Under the pieces are notes generated by a model, which was given only the letters and a program-made list of their open reading frames with translations, was not told where the DNA came from and searched no databases. From Eledone cirrhosa (Eukaryota): a stretch of DNA of 64,000 nucleotides. A program made the position numbers and the translations under genes. The stretch is from contig OZ024760.1 in NCBI GenBank assembly GCA_964016885.1, positions 32,612,001 to 32,676,000 on the forward strand, written 5' to 3'. This document shows, piece after piece, positions 37,901 through 52,500 of the stretch (its first letter is position 1; every line of letters starts with the position of its first letter).

Positions 37901-40570
37901 CACCCTGTATAGTGGTTGTGTAGGTGTGAAGACAGAAAGCACCCAGTCCACAGTGTACAATGGTTGTGTAGGTCTCTAGACAGAAAGCACCCAGTCCATC
38001 CTGTACAGTGGTAGTGTAGGTCTCAAGACAGAAAGCACCCAGTCGACCTTGTACAGTGGTTGTGTAGGTCTCAAAACAGAAAGTGCCCAGTCCACCCTGT
38101 ACAGTGGTTGTGTAGGTCTCAAGACAGAAATCACCCAGTCCACCCTGTAGAGTGGTTGTGTAGGTCTCAAGACAGAAAGCACCCAGTCCACCCTGTCCAG
38201 TGGTTGTGTAGGTCTCAAGACAGAAAGCACCCAGTCCACCCTGTACAGTGGTTGTGTAGGTCTCAAGACAGAAAGCACCCGGTCCACACTGTACAGTGGT
38301 TGCGTAGGTCTCAAGACAGAACGTGCCCAGTACAACTTGTACAGTGGTTGTGTATGTCTCAAGACAGAAAGCACCCAGTCCACCCTGTACAGTGGTTGTG
38401 TAGGTCTCAATTCAGAAAGCACCCAGTCCACCCTGTACAGTGGTTGTGTAGGTCTCAAGACAGAAAGCACCCCGTGCACACTGTACAGTGGTTGTGTAGG
38501 TCTCAAGACAGAGAGCACCCAGTCCACCCTGTACAGTGGTTGTGTAGGTCTCAAGACAGAAAGCACCCGGTCCACACTGTACAGTGGTTGTGTAGGTCTC
38601 AAGACGGAAAGCACCCAGTCCACCCTGTAGAGTGGTTGTGTAGGTCTCAAAACAGAAAGAACCCAGTCCACACCGTAAAGTGGTTGTGTAGGTCTCAAGA
38701 CAGAAAGCACCCAGTCCACACTGTACAGTGGTTGTGTAGGTCTCAAGATAGAAAGCACCCAGTCCACCCTGTACAGTGGTTGTGTAGGTCTCAAGACAGA
38801 AAGTGCCCAGGCCACCCTGTACAGTGGTTGTGTAGGTCTCAAGACAGAAAGCACCCAGTCTACAGTGTACAGTGGTTGTGTAGGTCTCTAGACAGAAAGC
38901 ACCCAGTCCATCCTGTACAGTGGTTGTGTAGGTCTCAAGACAGAAATCACCCAGTCCACCGAGTACAGTGGTTGTGTAGGTCTAGAGACAGAAAGCACCC
39001 AGTCCACCCTGTACAGTGGTTATGTAGGTCTCAAGACAGAAAGCACCCAGTCCACCCTGTACAGTAGTTGTGTAGGTGTCAAGACAGAAAGCACACAGTC
39101 CACAGTGTACAGTGGTTGTGTAAGTCTCTAGACAGAAAGCACCCAGTCCATCCTGTACAGTGGTCGTGTAGGTCTCAAGACAGAAATCACCCAGTCCACC
39201 CTGTACAGTGGTTGTGTAGGTCTCAAGACAGAAAGCACCCAGTCCACCCTGTACAGTGGTTGTGTAGGTCTCAAGACAGAAAGCACCTGGTCCACCCTGT
39301 ACAGTGGTTGTGTAGGTCTCTAGACAGAAAGCACCCAGTCCATCCTGTACAGTGGTTGTGTAGGTCTCAAGACAGAAAGCACCAGTCCACCTTGTACAGT
39401 GGTTGTGTAGGTCTCAAGACAGAAATCACCCAGTCCATCCTGTACAGTGGTTGTGTAGGTCTCAAGACAGAAATCACCCAGTCCTCCCTGTATAGTGGTT
39501 GTGTAGGTCTCAAGACAGAAAGCACCCAGTCCATCCTGTACAGTGGTTGTGTAGGTCTCAAGACAGAAAGCACCCGGTCCACACTGTACAGTGGTTGTGT
39601 AAGTCTCAAGACAGAAAGCACCCAGTCCTCCCTGTACAGTGGTTGTGTAGGTCTCAAGACAGAAAGCACCCAGTCCACCCAGTACAGTGGTTGTGTAGGT
39701 CTGAAGACGGAAAGCACCCAGTCCACCCTGTACAGTGGTTGTGTATGTCTCAAGACAGAAAGTGCCCAGTCCACCCTTTACAGTGGTTGTGTAGGTCTCA
39801 ATACAGAAATCAACCAGTCCACCCTGTACAGTGGTTGTGTAGGTCTCAAGACAGAAAGCACCCAGTACACCCTGTACAGTGGTTGTGTAGGTCTCAAGAC
39901 AGAAAGAACCCAGTCCACACTGTACAGTGGTTGTGTAGGTCTCAAGACAGAAACCACCCAGTCCACCCTGTACAGTGGTTGTGTAGGTCTCAAGACAGAA
40001 AGCACCCAGTCCACCCTGTACAGTGGTTGTGTAGGTCTCAAGACAGAAATCACCCAGTCCACCCTGTACAGTGGTTGTGTAGGTCTCAAGACAGAAAGAA
40101 CCCAGTCCACACTGTACAGTGGTTGTATAGGTCTCAAGACAGAAAGCACCCAGTGCAGCCTGTATAATGGTTGTATAGGTCTCAAGACAGAAAGTGCCCA
40201 GCCCACCCTGTACAGTGGTCGTGTAGGTCTCAAGACAGAAAGCACCCAGTCCACCCTGTACAGTGGTTGTGTAGGTCTCAAGACAGAAAGTGCCCAGTCC
40301 ACCCTGTACAGTGGTTGTGTAGGTCTCAAGACAGAAATCACCCAGTCTACCCTGTACAGTGGTTGTGTTGGTCTCAAGACAGAAAAAACCCAGTCCACAC
40401 TGTACAGTGGTTGTGTAGGTCTCAAGACAGAAAGCACCCAGTCCACCCTGTACAGTGGTTGTGTAGGTCTCAAGACAGAAAGTGCCCAGTCCACCCTGTA
40501 CAGTGGTTGTGTATGTCTCAAGACAGAAAGCACCCAGTCCACCCTTTACAGTGGTTGTGTAGGTCTCAAG
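34950..40570 (+). repeat. Nested duplication, period 3263 bp (68 monomers minus 1 bp); copied again at ~47.4-53.0 kb
   Basis: ORF pairs 35074/38337, 35805/39068, 36104/39367, 36236/39499, 36515/39778. Confidence 0.88.
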
Positions 40571-43500
40571 ACAGAAAGCACCCAGTCCATCATGTACAGT
40601 GGTTGTGTAGGTCTCAAGACAGAAATAACCCAGTCCACCCTGTACAGTGGTTGTGTAGGTGTGAAGACAGAAAGCACCCAGTCCACCCTGTACAGTGGTT
40701 GTGTACGTCTCAAGACAGAAAGCACCCAGTCCTCCCTGTACAGTGGTTGTGCAGGTCTCAAGACAGAAATCACCCAGTCCACCCTATACAGTGGTTGTGT
40801 AGGTCTCAAGAGAGAAAGCACCCAGTCCACCCTGTACAGGGGTTGTGTAGGTCTCAAGACAGAAAGAACCCAGTCCACACTGTACAGTGGTTGTGTAGGT
40901 CTCAAGACAGAAAGCACCCAGTCCTCCCTGTACAGTGGTTGTGTAGGTCTCAAGACAGAAAGCACCCAGGCCACCCTGTACAGTGGTTGTGTAGGTCTCA
41001 AGACAGAAAGCACCCAGTCCACCCTGTACAGTAGTTGTGTAGGTGTCAAGACAGAAAGCACACAGTTCACAGTGTACAGTGGTTGTGTAGGTCTCTAGAC
41101 AGAAAGCACCCAGTCCATCCTGTACAGTGGTCGTGTAGGTCTCAAGACAGAAATCACCCAGTCCACCCTGTACAGTGGTTGTGTAGGTCTCAAGACAGAA
41201 AGCACCCAGTCCACCCTGTACAGGGGTTGTGTAGGTCTCAAGACAGAAAGAACCCAGTCCACACTGTACAGTGGTTGTGTAGGTCTCAAGACAGAAATCA
41301 CCCAGTCCTCCCTGTACAGTGGTTGTGTAGGTCTCAAGACAGAAAGCACCCAGGCCACCCTGTACAGTGGTTGTGTAGGTCTCAAGACAGAAAGCACCCA
41401 GTCTACAGTGTACAGTGCATGTGTAGGTCTCTAGACAGAAAGCACCCAGTCCATCCTGTACAGTGGTTGTGTAGGTCTAGAGACAGAAAGCACCCAGTCC
41501 ACCCTGTACAGTGGTTATGTAGGTCTCAAGACAGAAAGCATCCAGTCCACCCTGTACAGTAGTTGTGTAGGTGTCAAGACAGAAAGCACACAGTTCACAG
41601 TGTACAGTGGTTGTGTAGGTCTCTAGACAGAAAGCACCCAGTCCATCCTGTACAGTGGTCGTGTAGGTCTCAAGACAGAAATCACCCAGTCCACCCTGTA
41701 CAGTGGTTGTGTAGGTCTCAAGACAGAAAGCACCCAGTCCACCCTGTACAGTGGTTGTGTAGGTCTCAAGACAGAAAGCACCCAGTCCACCCTGTACAGT
41801 GGTTGTGTAGGTCTCAAGACAGAAAACACCCAGTCCACACTGTACAGTGGTTGTGTAGGTCTCAAGACAGAAAGCACCCAGTCCACCCTGTAGAGTGGTT
41901 GTGTAGGTGTCAAGACAGAAAGAGCCCAGTCCACACTGTACAGTGGTTGTGTAGGTCTCAAGACAGAAAGCACCCAGTCCACACTGTGCAGTGGTTGTGT
42001 AGGTCTCAAGATAGAAAGCACCCAGTCCACCCTGTACAGTGGTTGTGTAGGTCTCAAGACAGAAAGTGCCCAGTCCACCCTGTACAGTGGTTGTGTAGGT
42101 CTCAAGACAGAAATCAGCCAGTCCACCCTGTACAGTGGTTGTGTAGGTCTCAAGACAGAAAGCACCCAGTCCACCCTGTACATTGGTTATGTAGGTCTCA
42201 AGACAGAAATCACCCAGTTCACCCTGTACAGTGGTCGTGTAGGTCTCAAGACAGAAATCACCCAGTCCACCCTGTACAGTGGCTGTGTAGGTCTCAAGAC
42301 AGAAAGCATGCAGTCCACCATGAACATTGGTTGTGTAGGTCACAAGACAGAAATCACCGAGTCCACCCTGTACAGTGGTTGTGCAGGTCTCAAGACAGAA
42401 AGCACCCAGTCCACCCTGTACAGTGGTTGTGTAGGTCTCAAGACAGAAAGCACCCGGTCCACACTGTACAGTAGTTCTGTAGATCTCAAGACAGAAAGCA
42501 CCCAGTACTCACTGTACAGTGCTTGTGTAGGTCTCAAGACAGAAAGCACCCAGTACTCACTGTACAGTGGTTGTGCAGGTCTCAAGACAGAAATCACCCA
42601 GTCCACCCTGTACAGTGGTTGTGTAGGTCTCAAGTCAGAAAGCACCCAGTCCACCCTGTACATTGGTTGTGTAGGTCTCAAGTCAGAAAGCACCCAGTCC
42701 ACCCTGTACAGTGGTTGAGTATGTCTCAAGACAGAAAGCACACAGTCCACTCTGTACAGTGGTTGTGTAGGTCAAGATAGAAAGCACAAAGTCCACACTG
42801 TATAGTGGTTGTGTAGGTCTCAAGACAGAAAGCACCCAGTCCACCCTGTACAGTGGTTGTGTAGGTCTCAAGTCAGAAAGCACCTAGTCCACCCTGTACA
42901 GTGGTTGTGTAGGTCTCAAGACAGAAATCCCCCAGTCCACCATGTACAGTGATTGTGTAGATCTCAAGACAGAAAGCACCCAGTCCACACTGTACAGTGG
43001 TTGTGTAGCTCTCAAGACAGAACGCACACAGTCCACCCTGTACAGTGGTGGTGTAGGTCTCAAGACAGAAATCACCCAGTCCACCATGTACAGTGGTTGT
43101 GTAGGTCTCAAGACAGAAAGAACCCAGTCCAACCTGTACAGTGGTTGTGTAGGTCTCAAGACAGAAAGCACCCAGTCCACCCTGTACAGTGGTTGTGTAG
43201 GTCTCAAGACAGAAAGAACCCAGTCCACCATGTACAGTGGTTGTGTAGGTCTCAAGACAGAAAGAACCCAGTCCACCCTGTACAGTGGTTGTGTAGGTCT
43301 CAAGACAGAAAGAACCCAGTCCACCCTGTACAGTGGTTGTGTAGGTCTCAAGACAGAAAGCAATCAGTCCACACTGTACAGTGGTTGTGTAGGTCTCAAG
43401 ACAGAAAGCACCCAGTCCACCCTGTACAGTGGTTGTGTAGGTCTCAAGACAGAAAGCACCCAGTCCACCCTGTACAGTGGTTGTGTAGGTCTCATGACAG

Positions 43501-46500
43501 AAAGCAATCAGTCCACACTGTACAGTGGTTGTGTAGGTCTCAAGACAGAAAGCACCCAGTCCACCCTGTACAGTGGTTGTGTAGGTTTCAAGACAGAAAG
43601 CACCCAGTCCACAGTGTACAGTGGTTGTGTATGTCCCTATACAGAAAGCACCCAGTCCATCCTCTACAGTGGTTGTGTAGGTCTCAAGACAGAAAGCACC
43701 CAGTCCACCTTGTACAGTGGTTGTGTAGGTCTCAAGACAGAAAGTGCCCAGTCCACCCTTTACAGTGGTTGTGTAGGTCTCAAGACAGAAAGCACCCAGT
43801 CCACCCTGTACAGTGGTTGTGTAGGTCTCAAGACAGAAAGTGCCCAGTCCACCCTGTACAGTGGTTGTGTAGGTCTCAAGACAGAAATCACCCAGTCCAC
43901 CCTGTACAGTGGTTGTGTAGGTCTCAAGACAGAAAGAACCCAGGCCACACTGTACAGTAGTTGTGTAGGTCTCAAGACAGAAAGCACCCAGTCCACCCAG
44001 TACAGTGGTTGTGTAGGTCTCAAGACGGAAAGCACCCAGTCCACCCTGTACAGTGGTTGTGTATGTCTCAAGACAGAAAGTGCCCAGTCCACACTTTACA
44101 GTGGTTGTGTAGGTCTCAATACAGAAATCAACCAGTCCACCCTGTACAGTGGTTGTGTAGGTCTCAAGACAGAAAGCACACAGTCCACCCTGTAGAGTGG
44201 TTGTGTAGGTCTCAAGACAGAAAGAGCCCAGTCCACACTGTAGAGTGGTTGTGTAGGTCTCAAGACAGAAAGCACCCAGTCCACACTGTGCAGTGGTTGT
44301 GTAGGTCTCAAGATAGAAAGCACCCAGTCCACCCTGTACAGTGGTTGTGTAGGTCTCAAGACAGAAAGTGCCCAGTCCACCCTGTACAGTGGTTGTGTAG
44401 GTCTCAAGACAGAAATCAGCCAGTCCACCCTGTACAGTGGTTGTGTAGGTCTCAAGACAGAAAGCACCCAGTCCACCCTGTACATTGGTTATGTAGGTCT
44501 CAAGACAGAAATCACCCAGTTCACCCTGTACAGTGGTCGTGTAGGTCTCAAGACAGAAAGCACCCAGTCCACCCTGTACAGTGGCTGTGTAGGTCTCAAG
44601 ACAGAAAGCATGCAGTCCACCATGAACATTGGTTGTGTAGGTCACAAGACAGAAATCACCGAGTCCACCCTGTACAGTGGTTGTGCAGGTCTCAAGACAG
44701 AAAGCACCCAGTCCACCCTGTACAGTGGTTGTGTAGGTCTCAAGACAGAAAGCACCCGGTCCACACTGTACAGTAGTTCTGTAGATCTCAAGACAGAAAG
44801 CACCCAGTACTCACTGTACAGTGCTTGTGTAGGTCTCAAGACAGAAAGCACCCAGTACTCACTGTACAGTGGTTGTGCAGGTCTCAAGACAGAAATCACC
44901 CAGTCCACCCTGTACAGTGGTTGTGTAGGTCTCAAGTCAGAAAGCACCCAGTCCACCCTGTACATTGGTTGTGTAGGTCTCAAGTCAGAAAGCACCCAGT
45001 CCACCCTGTACAGTGGTTGAGTAGGTCTCAAGACAGGAAGCACACAGTCCACTCTGTACAGTGGTTGTGTAGGTCAAGATAGAAAGCACAAAGTCCACAC
45101 TGTATAGTGGTTGTGTAGGTCTCAAGACAGAAAGCACCCAGTCCACCCTGTACAGTGGTTGTGTAGGTCTCAAGTCAGAAAGCACCTAGTCCACCCTGTA
45201 CAGTGGTTGTGTAGGTCTCAAGACAGAAATCCCCCAGTCCACCATGTACAGTGATTGTGTAGATCTCAAGACAGAAAGCACCCAGTCCACACTGTACAGT
45301 GGTTGTGTAGCTCTCAAGACAGAACGCACACAGTCCACCCTGTACAGTGGTTGTGTAGGTCTCAAGACAGAAATCACCCAGTCCACCATGTACAGTGGTT
45401 GTGTAGGTCTCAAGACAGAAAGAACCCAGTCCACCCTGTACAGTGGTTGTGTAGGTCTCAAGACAGAAAGCAATCAGTCCACACTGTACAGTGGTTGTGT
45501 AGGTCTCAAGACAGAAAGCACCCAGTCCACCCTGTACAGTGGTTGTGTAGATCTCAAGACAGAAATCACGCAGTCCACCCTGTACAGTGGTTGTGTAGGT
45601 CTCAACACAGAAAGCACCCAGTCCACCCTGTACAGTGGTTGTGTAGGTTTCAAGACAGAAAGCACCCAGTCCACAGTGTACAGTGGTTGTGTATGTCTCT
45701 ATACAGAAAGCACCCAGTCCATCCTCTACAGTGGTTGTGTAGGTCTCAAGACAGAAAGCACCCAGTCCACCTTGTACAGTGGTTGTGTAGGTCTCAAGAC
45801 AGAAAGTGCCCAGTCCACCCTTTACAGTGGTTGTGTAGGTCTCAAGACAGAAAGCACCCAGTCCACCCTGTACAGTGGTTGTGTAGGTCTCAAGACAGAA
45901 AGTGCCCAGTCCACCCTGTACAGTGGTTGTGTAGGTCTCAAGACAGAAAGCACCCAGTCCACCCTGTACAGTGGTTGTGTAGGTCTCAAGACAGAAAGAA
46001 CCCAGGCCACACTGTACAGTAGTTGTGTAGGTCTCAAGACAGAAAGCACCCAGTCCACCCAGTACAGTGGTTGTGTAGGTCTCAAGACGGAAAGCACCCA
46101 GTCCACCCTGTACAGTGGTTGTGTATGTCTCAAGACAGAAAGTGCCCAGTCCACCCTTTACAGTGGTTGTGTAGGTCTCAATACAGAAATCAACCAGTCC
46201 ACCCTGTACAGTGGTTGTGTAGGTCTCAAGACAGAAAGCACCCAGTACACCCTGTACAGTGGTTGTGTAGGTCTCAAGACAGAAAGAACCCAGTCCACAC
46301 TGTACAGTGGTTGTGTAGGTCTAAAGACAGAAATCACCCAGTCCACCCTGTACAGTGGTTGTGTAGGTCTCAAGACAGAAAGCACCCAGTCCACCCTGTA
46401 CAGTGGTTGTGTAGGTCTCAAGACAGAAATCACCCAGTCCACCCTGTACAGTGGTTGTGTAGGTCTCAAGACAGAAAGCACCCAGTCCACCCTGTACAGT

Positions 46501-49500
46501 GGTTCTGTAGGTCTCAAGACAGAAAGAACCCAGTCCACACTGTACAGTGGTTGTATAGGTCTCAAGACAGAAAGCACCCAGTCCAGCCTGTACAATGGTT
46601 GTATAGGTCTCAAGACAGAAAGTGCCCAGCCCACCCTGTACAGTGGTTGTGTAGGTCTCAAGACAGAAAGCACCCAGTCCACCCTGTACAGTGGTTGTGT
46701 AGGTCTCAAGACAGAAAGTGCCCAGTCCACCCTGTACAGTGGTTGTGTAGGTGTCAAGACAGAAATCACCCAGTCCACCCTGTACAGTGGTTGTGTAGGT
46801 CTCAAGACAGAAAGAACCCAGTCCACACTGTACAGTGGTTGTGTAGGTCTCAAGACAGAAAGCACCCAGTCCACCCTGTACAGTGGTTGTGTAGGTCTCA
46901 AGACAGAAAGTGCCCAGTCCACCCTGTACAGTGGTTGTGTAGGTCTCAAGACAGAAAGCACCCAGTCCACCCTGTACAGTGGTTGTGTAGGTCTCAAGAC
47001 AGAAAGCACCCAGTCCACCCTGTACAGTAGTTGTGTAGGTCTCAAGACAGAAAGAACCCAGTCCACACTGAACAGTGGTTGTGTAGGTCTCAAGACAGAA
47101 TGCACCCAGTCCACCCTGTAGTGTGGTCGTGTAGGTCTCAAGACAGAAAGCACCCAGTCCACCCTGTACAGTGGTTGTGTAGGTCTCGAGACAGAAAGTG
47201 CCCAGTCCACCCTGTACAGTGGTTGTGTAGGTCTCAAGACAGAAAGTGCCCAGTCCACCCTGTACAGTGGTTGTGTAGGTCTCAAGACAGAAATCACCCA
47301 GTCCACCCTGTACAGTGGTTGTGTAGGTCTCAAGACAGAAAGAACCCAGTCCACACTGTACAGTGGTTGTGTAGGTATCAAGACAGAAAGCACCCAGTCC
47401 TCCCTGTACAGTGGTTGTGTAGGTCTCAAGACAGAAAGCACCCAGTCCACCCTGTACAGTGGTTGTGTAGGTCTCAAGACAGAAAGCACCCGGTCCACAC
47501 TGTACAGTGGTTGCGTAGGTCTCAAGACAGAACGTGCCCAGTACAACTTGTACAGTGGTTGTGTATGTCTCAAGACAGAAAGCACCCAGTCCACCCTGTA
47601 CAGTGGTTGTGTAGGTCTCAATTCAGAAAGCACCCAGTCCACCCTGTACAGTGGTTGTGTAGGTCTCAAGACAGAAAGCACCCCGTGCACACTGTACAGT
47701 GGTTGTGTAGGTCTCAAGACAGAGAGCACCCAGTCCACCCTGTACAGTGGTTGTGTAGGTCTCAAGACAGAAAGCACCCGGTCCACACTGTACAGTGGTT
47801 GTGTAGGTCTCAAGACGGAAAGCACCCAGTCCACCCTGTAGAGTGGTTGTGTAGGTCTCAAAACAGAAAGAACCCAGTCCACACCGTAAAGTGGTTGTGT
47901 AGGTCTCAAGACAGAAAGCACCCAGTCCACACTGTACAGTGGTTGTGTAGGTCTCAAGATAGAAAGCACCCAGTCCACCCTGTACAGTGGTTGTGTAGGT
48001 CTCAAGACAGAAAGTGCCCAGTCCACCCTGTACGGTGGTTGTGTAGGTCTCAAGACAGAAAGCACCCAGTCTACAGTGTACAGTGGTTGTGTAGGTCTCT
48101 AGACAGAAAGCACCCAGTCCATCCTGTACAGTGGTTGTGTAGGTCTCAAGACAGAAATCACCCAGTCCACCGAGTACAGTGGTTGTGTAGGTCTAGAGAC
48201 AGAAAGCACCCAGTCCACCCTGTACAGTGGTTATGTAGGTCTCAAGACAGAAAGCACCCAGTCCACCCTGTACAGTAGTTGTGTAGGTGTCAAGACAGAA
48301 AGCACACAGTCCACAGTGTACAGTGGTTGTGTAAGTCTCTAGACAGAAAGCACCCAGTCCATCCTGTACAGTGGTCGTGTAGGTCTCAAGACAGAAATCA
48401 CCCAGTCCACTCTGTACAGTGGTTGTGTAGGTCTCAAGACAGAAAGCACCCAGTCCACCCTGTACAGTGGTTGTGTAGGTCTCAAGACAGAAAGCACCTG
48501 GTCCACCCTGTACAGTGGTTGTGTAGGTCTCTAGACAGAAAGCACCCAGTCCATCCTGTACAGTGGTTGTGTAGGTCTCAAGACAGAAAGCACCAGTCCA
48601 CCTTGTACAGTGGTTGTGTAGGTCTCAAGACAGAAATCACCCAGTCCATCCTGTACAGTGGTTGTGTAGGTCTCAAGACAGAAATCACCCAGTCCTCCCT
48701 GTATAGTGGTTGTGTAGGTCTCAAGACAGAAAGCACCCAGTCCATCCTGTACAGTGGTTGTGTAGGTCTCAAGACAGAAAGCACCCGGTCCACACTGTAC
48801 AGTGGTTGTGTAAGTCTCAAGACAGAAAGCACCCAGTCCTCCCTGTACAGTGGTTGTGTAGGTCTCAAGACAGAAAGCACCCAGTCCACCCAGTACAGTG
48901 GTTGTGTAGGTCTGAAGACGGAAAGCACCCAGTCCACCCTGTACAGTGGTTGTGTATGTCTCAAGACAGAAAGTGCCCAGTCCACCCTTTACAGTGGTTG
49001 TGTAGGTCTCAATACAGAAATCAACCAGTCCACCCTGTACAGTGGTTGTGTAGGTCTCAAGACAGAAAGCACCCAGTACACCCTGTACAGTGGTTGTGTA
49101 GGTCTCAAGACAGAAAGAACCCAGTCCACACTGTACAGTGGTTGTGTAGGTCTCAAGACAGAAATCACCCAGTCCACCCTGTACAGTGGTTGTGTAGGTC
49201 TCAAGACAGAAAGCACCCAGTCCACCCTGTACAGTGGTTGTGTAGGTCTCAAGACAGAAATCACCCAGTCCACCCTGTACAGTGGTTGTGTAGGTCTCAA
49301 GACAGAAAGAACCCAGTCCACACTGTACAGTGGTTGTATAGGTCTCAAGACAGAAAGCACCCAGTGCAGCCTGTACAATGGTTGTATAGGTCTCAAGACA
49401 GAAAGTGCCCAGCCCACCCTGTACAGTGGTCGTGTAGGTCTCAAGACAGAAAGCACCCAGTCCACCCTGTACAGTGGTTGTGTAGGTCTCAAGACAGAAA

Positions 49501-52500
49501 GTGCCCAGTCCACCCTGTACAGTGGTTGTGTAGGTCTCAAGACATAAATCACCCAGTCCACCCTGTACATTGGTTGTGTTGGTCTCAAGACAGAAAAAAC
49601 CCAGTCCACACTGTACAGTGGTTGTGTAGGTCTCAAGACAGAAAGCACCCAGTCCACCCTGTACAGTGGTTGTGTAGGTCTCAAGACAGAAAGTGCCCAG
49701 TCCACCCTGTACAGTGGTTGTGTATGTCTCAAGACAGAAAGCACCCAGTCCACCCTTTACAGTGGTTGTGTAGGTCTCAAGACAGAAAGCACCCAGTCCA
49801 CCCTGTACAGTAGTTGTGTAGGTCTCAAGACAGAAAGAACCCAGTCCACACTGAACAGTGGTTGTGTAGGTCTCAAGACAGAATGCACCCAGTCCACCCT
49901 GTACAGTGGTCGTGTAGGTCTCAAGACAGAAAGCACCCAGTCCACCCTGTACAGTGGTTGTGTAGGTCTCGAGACAGAAAGTGCCCAGTCCACCCTGTAC
50001 AGTGGTTGTGTAGGTCTCAAGACAGAAAGCACCCAGTCCATCATGTACAGTGGTTGTGTAGGTCTCAAGACAGAAATAACCCAGTCCACCCTGTACAGTG
50101 GTTGTGTAGGTGTGAAGACAGAAAGCACCCAGTCCACAGTGTACAGTGGTTGTGTAGGTCTCTAGACAGAATGCACCCAGTCCACCCTGTACAGTGGTCG
50201 TGTAGGTCTCAAGACAGAAAGCACCCAGTCCACCCTGTACAGTGGTTGTGTAGGTCTCGAGACAGAAAGTGCCCAGTCCACCCTGTACAGTGGTTGTGTA
50301 GGTCTCAAGACAGAAAGCACCCAGTCCACCATGTAAAGTGGTTGTGTAGGTCTCAAGACAGAAATAACCCAGTCCACCCTGTATAGTGGTTGTGTAGGTG
50401 TGAAGACAGAAAGCACCCAGTCCACAGTGTACAATGGTTGTGTAGGTCTCTAGACAGAAAGCACCCAGTCCATCCTGTACAGTGGTAGTGTAGGTCTCAA
50501 GACAGAAAGCACCCAGTCGACCTTGTACAGTGGTTGTGTAGGTCTCAAAACAGAAAGTGCCCAGTCCACCCTGTACAGTGGTTGTGTAGGTCTCAAGACA
50601 GAAATCACCCAGTCCACCCTGTAGAGTGGTTGTGTAGGTCTCAAGACAGAAAGCACCCAGTCCACCCTGTCCAGTGGTTGTGTAGGTCTCAAGACAGAAA
50701 GCACCCAGTCCACCCTGTACAGTGGTTGTGTAGGTCTCAAGACAGAAAGCACCCGGTCCACACTGTACAGTGGTTGCGTAGGTCTCAAGACAGAACGTGC
50801 CCAGTACAACTTGTACAGTGGTTGTGTATGTCTCAAGACAGAAAGCACCCAGTCCACCCTGTACAGTGGTTGTGTAGGTCTCAATTCAGAAAGCACCCAG
50901 TCCACCCTGTACAGTGGTTGTGTAGGTCTCAAGACAGAAAGCACCCCGTGCACACTGTACAGTGGTTGTGTAGGTCTCAAGACAGAGAGCACCCAGTCCA
51001 CCCTGTACAGTGGTTGTGTAGGTCTCAAGACAGAAAGCACCCGGTCCACACTGTACAGTGGTTGTGTAGGTCTCAAGACGGAAAGCACCCAGTCCACCCT
51101 GTAGAGTGGTTGTGTAGGTCTCAAAACAGAAAGAACCCAGTCCACACCGTAAAGTGGTTGTGTAGGTCTCAAGACAGAAAGCACCCAGTCCACACTGTAC
51201 AGTGGTTGTGTAGGTCTCAAGATAGAAAGCACCCAGTCCACCCTGTACAGTGGTTGTGTAGGTCTCAAGACAGAAAGTGCCCAGTCCACCCTGTACAGTG
51301 GTTGTGTAGGTCTCAAGACAGAAAGCACCCAGTCTACAGTGTACAGTGGTTGTGTAGGTCTCTAGACAGAAAGCACCCAGTCCATCCTGTACAGTGGTTG
51401 TGTAGGTCTCAAGACAGAAATCACCCAGTCCACCGAGTACAGTGGTTGTGTAGGTCTAGAGACAGAAAGCACCCAGTCCACCCTGTACAGTGGTTATGTA
51501 GGTCTCAAGACAGAAAGCACCCAGTCCACCCTGTACAGTAGTTGTGTAGGTGTCAAGACAGAAAGCACACAGTCCACAGTGTACAGTGGTTGTGTAAGTC
51601 TCTAGACAGAAAGCACCCAGTCCATCCTGTACAGTGGTCGTGTAGGTCTCAAGACAGAAATCACCCAGTCCACCCTGTACAGTGGTTGTGTAGGTCTCAA
51701 GACAGAAAGCACCCAGTCCACCCTGTACAGTGGTTGTGTAGGTCTCAAGACAGAAAGCACCTGGTCCACCCTGTACAGTGGTTGTGTAGGTCTCTAGACA
51801 GAAAGCACCCAGTCCATCCTGTACAGTGGTTGTGTAGGTCTCAAGACAGAAAGCACCAGTCCACCTTGTACAGTGGTTGTGTAGGTCTCAAGACAGAAAT
51901 CACCCAGTCCATCCTGTACAGTGGTTGTGTAGGTCTCAAGACAGAAATCACCCAGTCCTCCCTGTATAGTGGTTGTGTAGGTCTCAAGACAGAAAGCACC
52001 CAGTCCATCCTGTACAGTGGTTGTGTAGGTCTCAAGACAGAAAGCACCCGGTCCACACTGTACAGTGGTTGTGTAAGTCTCAAGACAGAAAGCACCCAGT
52101 CCTCCCTGTACAGTGGTTGTGTAGGTCTCAAGACAGAAAGCACCCAGTCCACCCAGTACAGTGGTTGTGTAGGTCTGAAGACGGAAAGCACCCAGTCCAC
52201 CCTGTACAGTGGTTGTGTATGTCTCAAGACAGAAAGTGCCCAGTCCACCCTTTACAGTGGTTGTGTAGGTCTCAATACAGAAATCAACCAGTCCACCCTG
52301 TACAGTGGTTGTGTAGGTCTCAAGACAGAAAGCACCCAGTACACCCTGTACAGTGGTTGTGTAGGTCTCAAGACAGAAAGAACCCAGTCCACACTGTACA
52401 GTGGTTGTGTAGGTCTCAAGACAGAAATCACCCAGTCCACCCTGTACAGTGGTTGTGTAGGTCTCAAGACAGAAAGCACCCAGTCCACCCTGTACAGTGG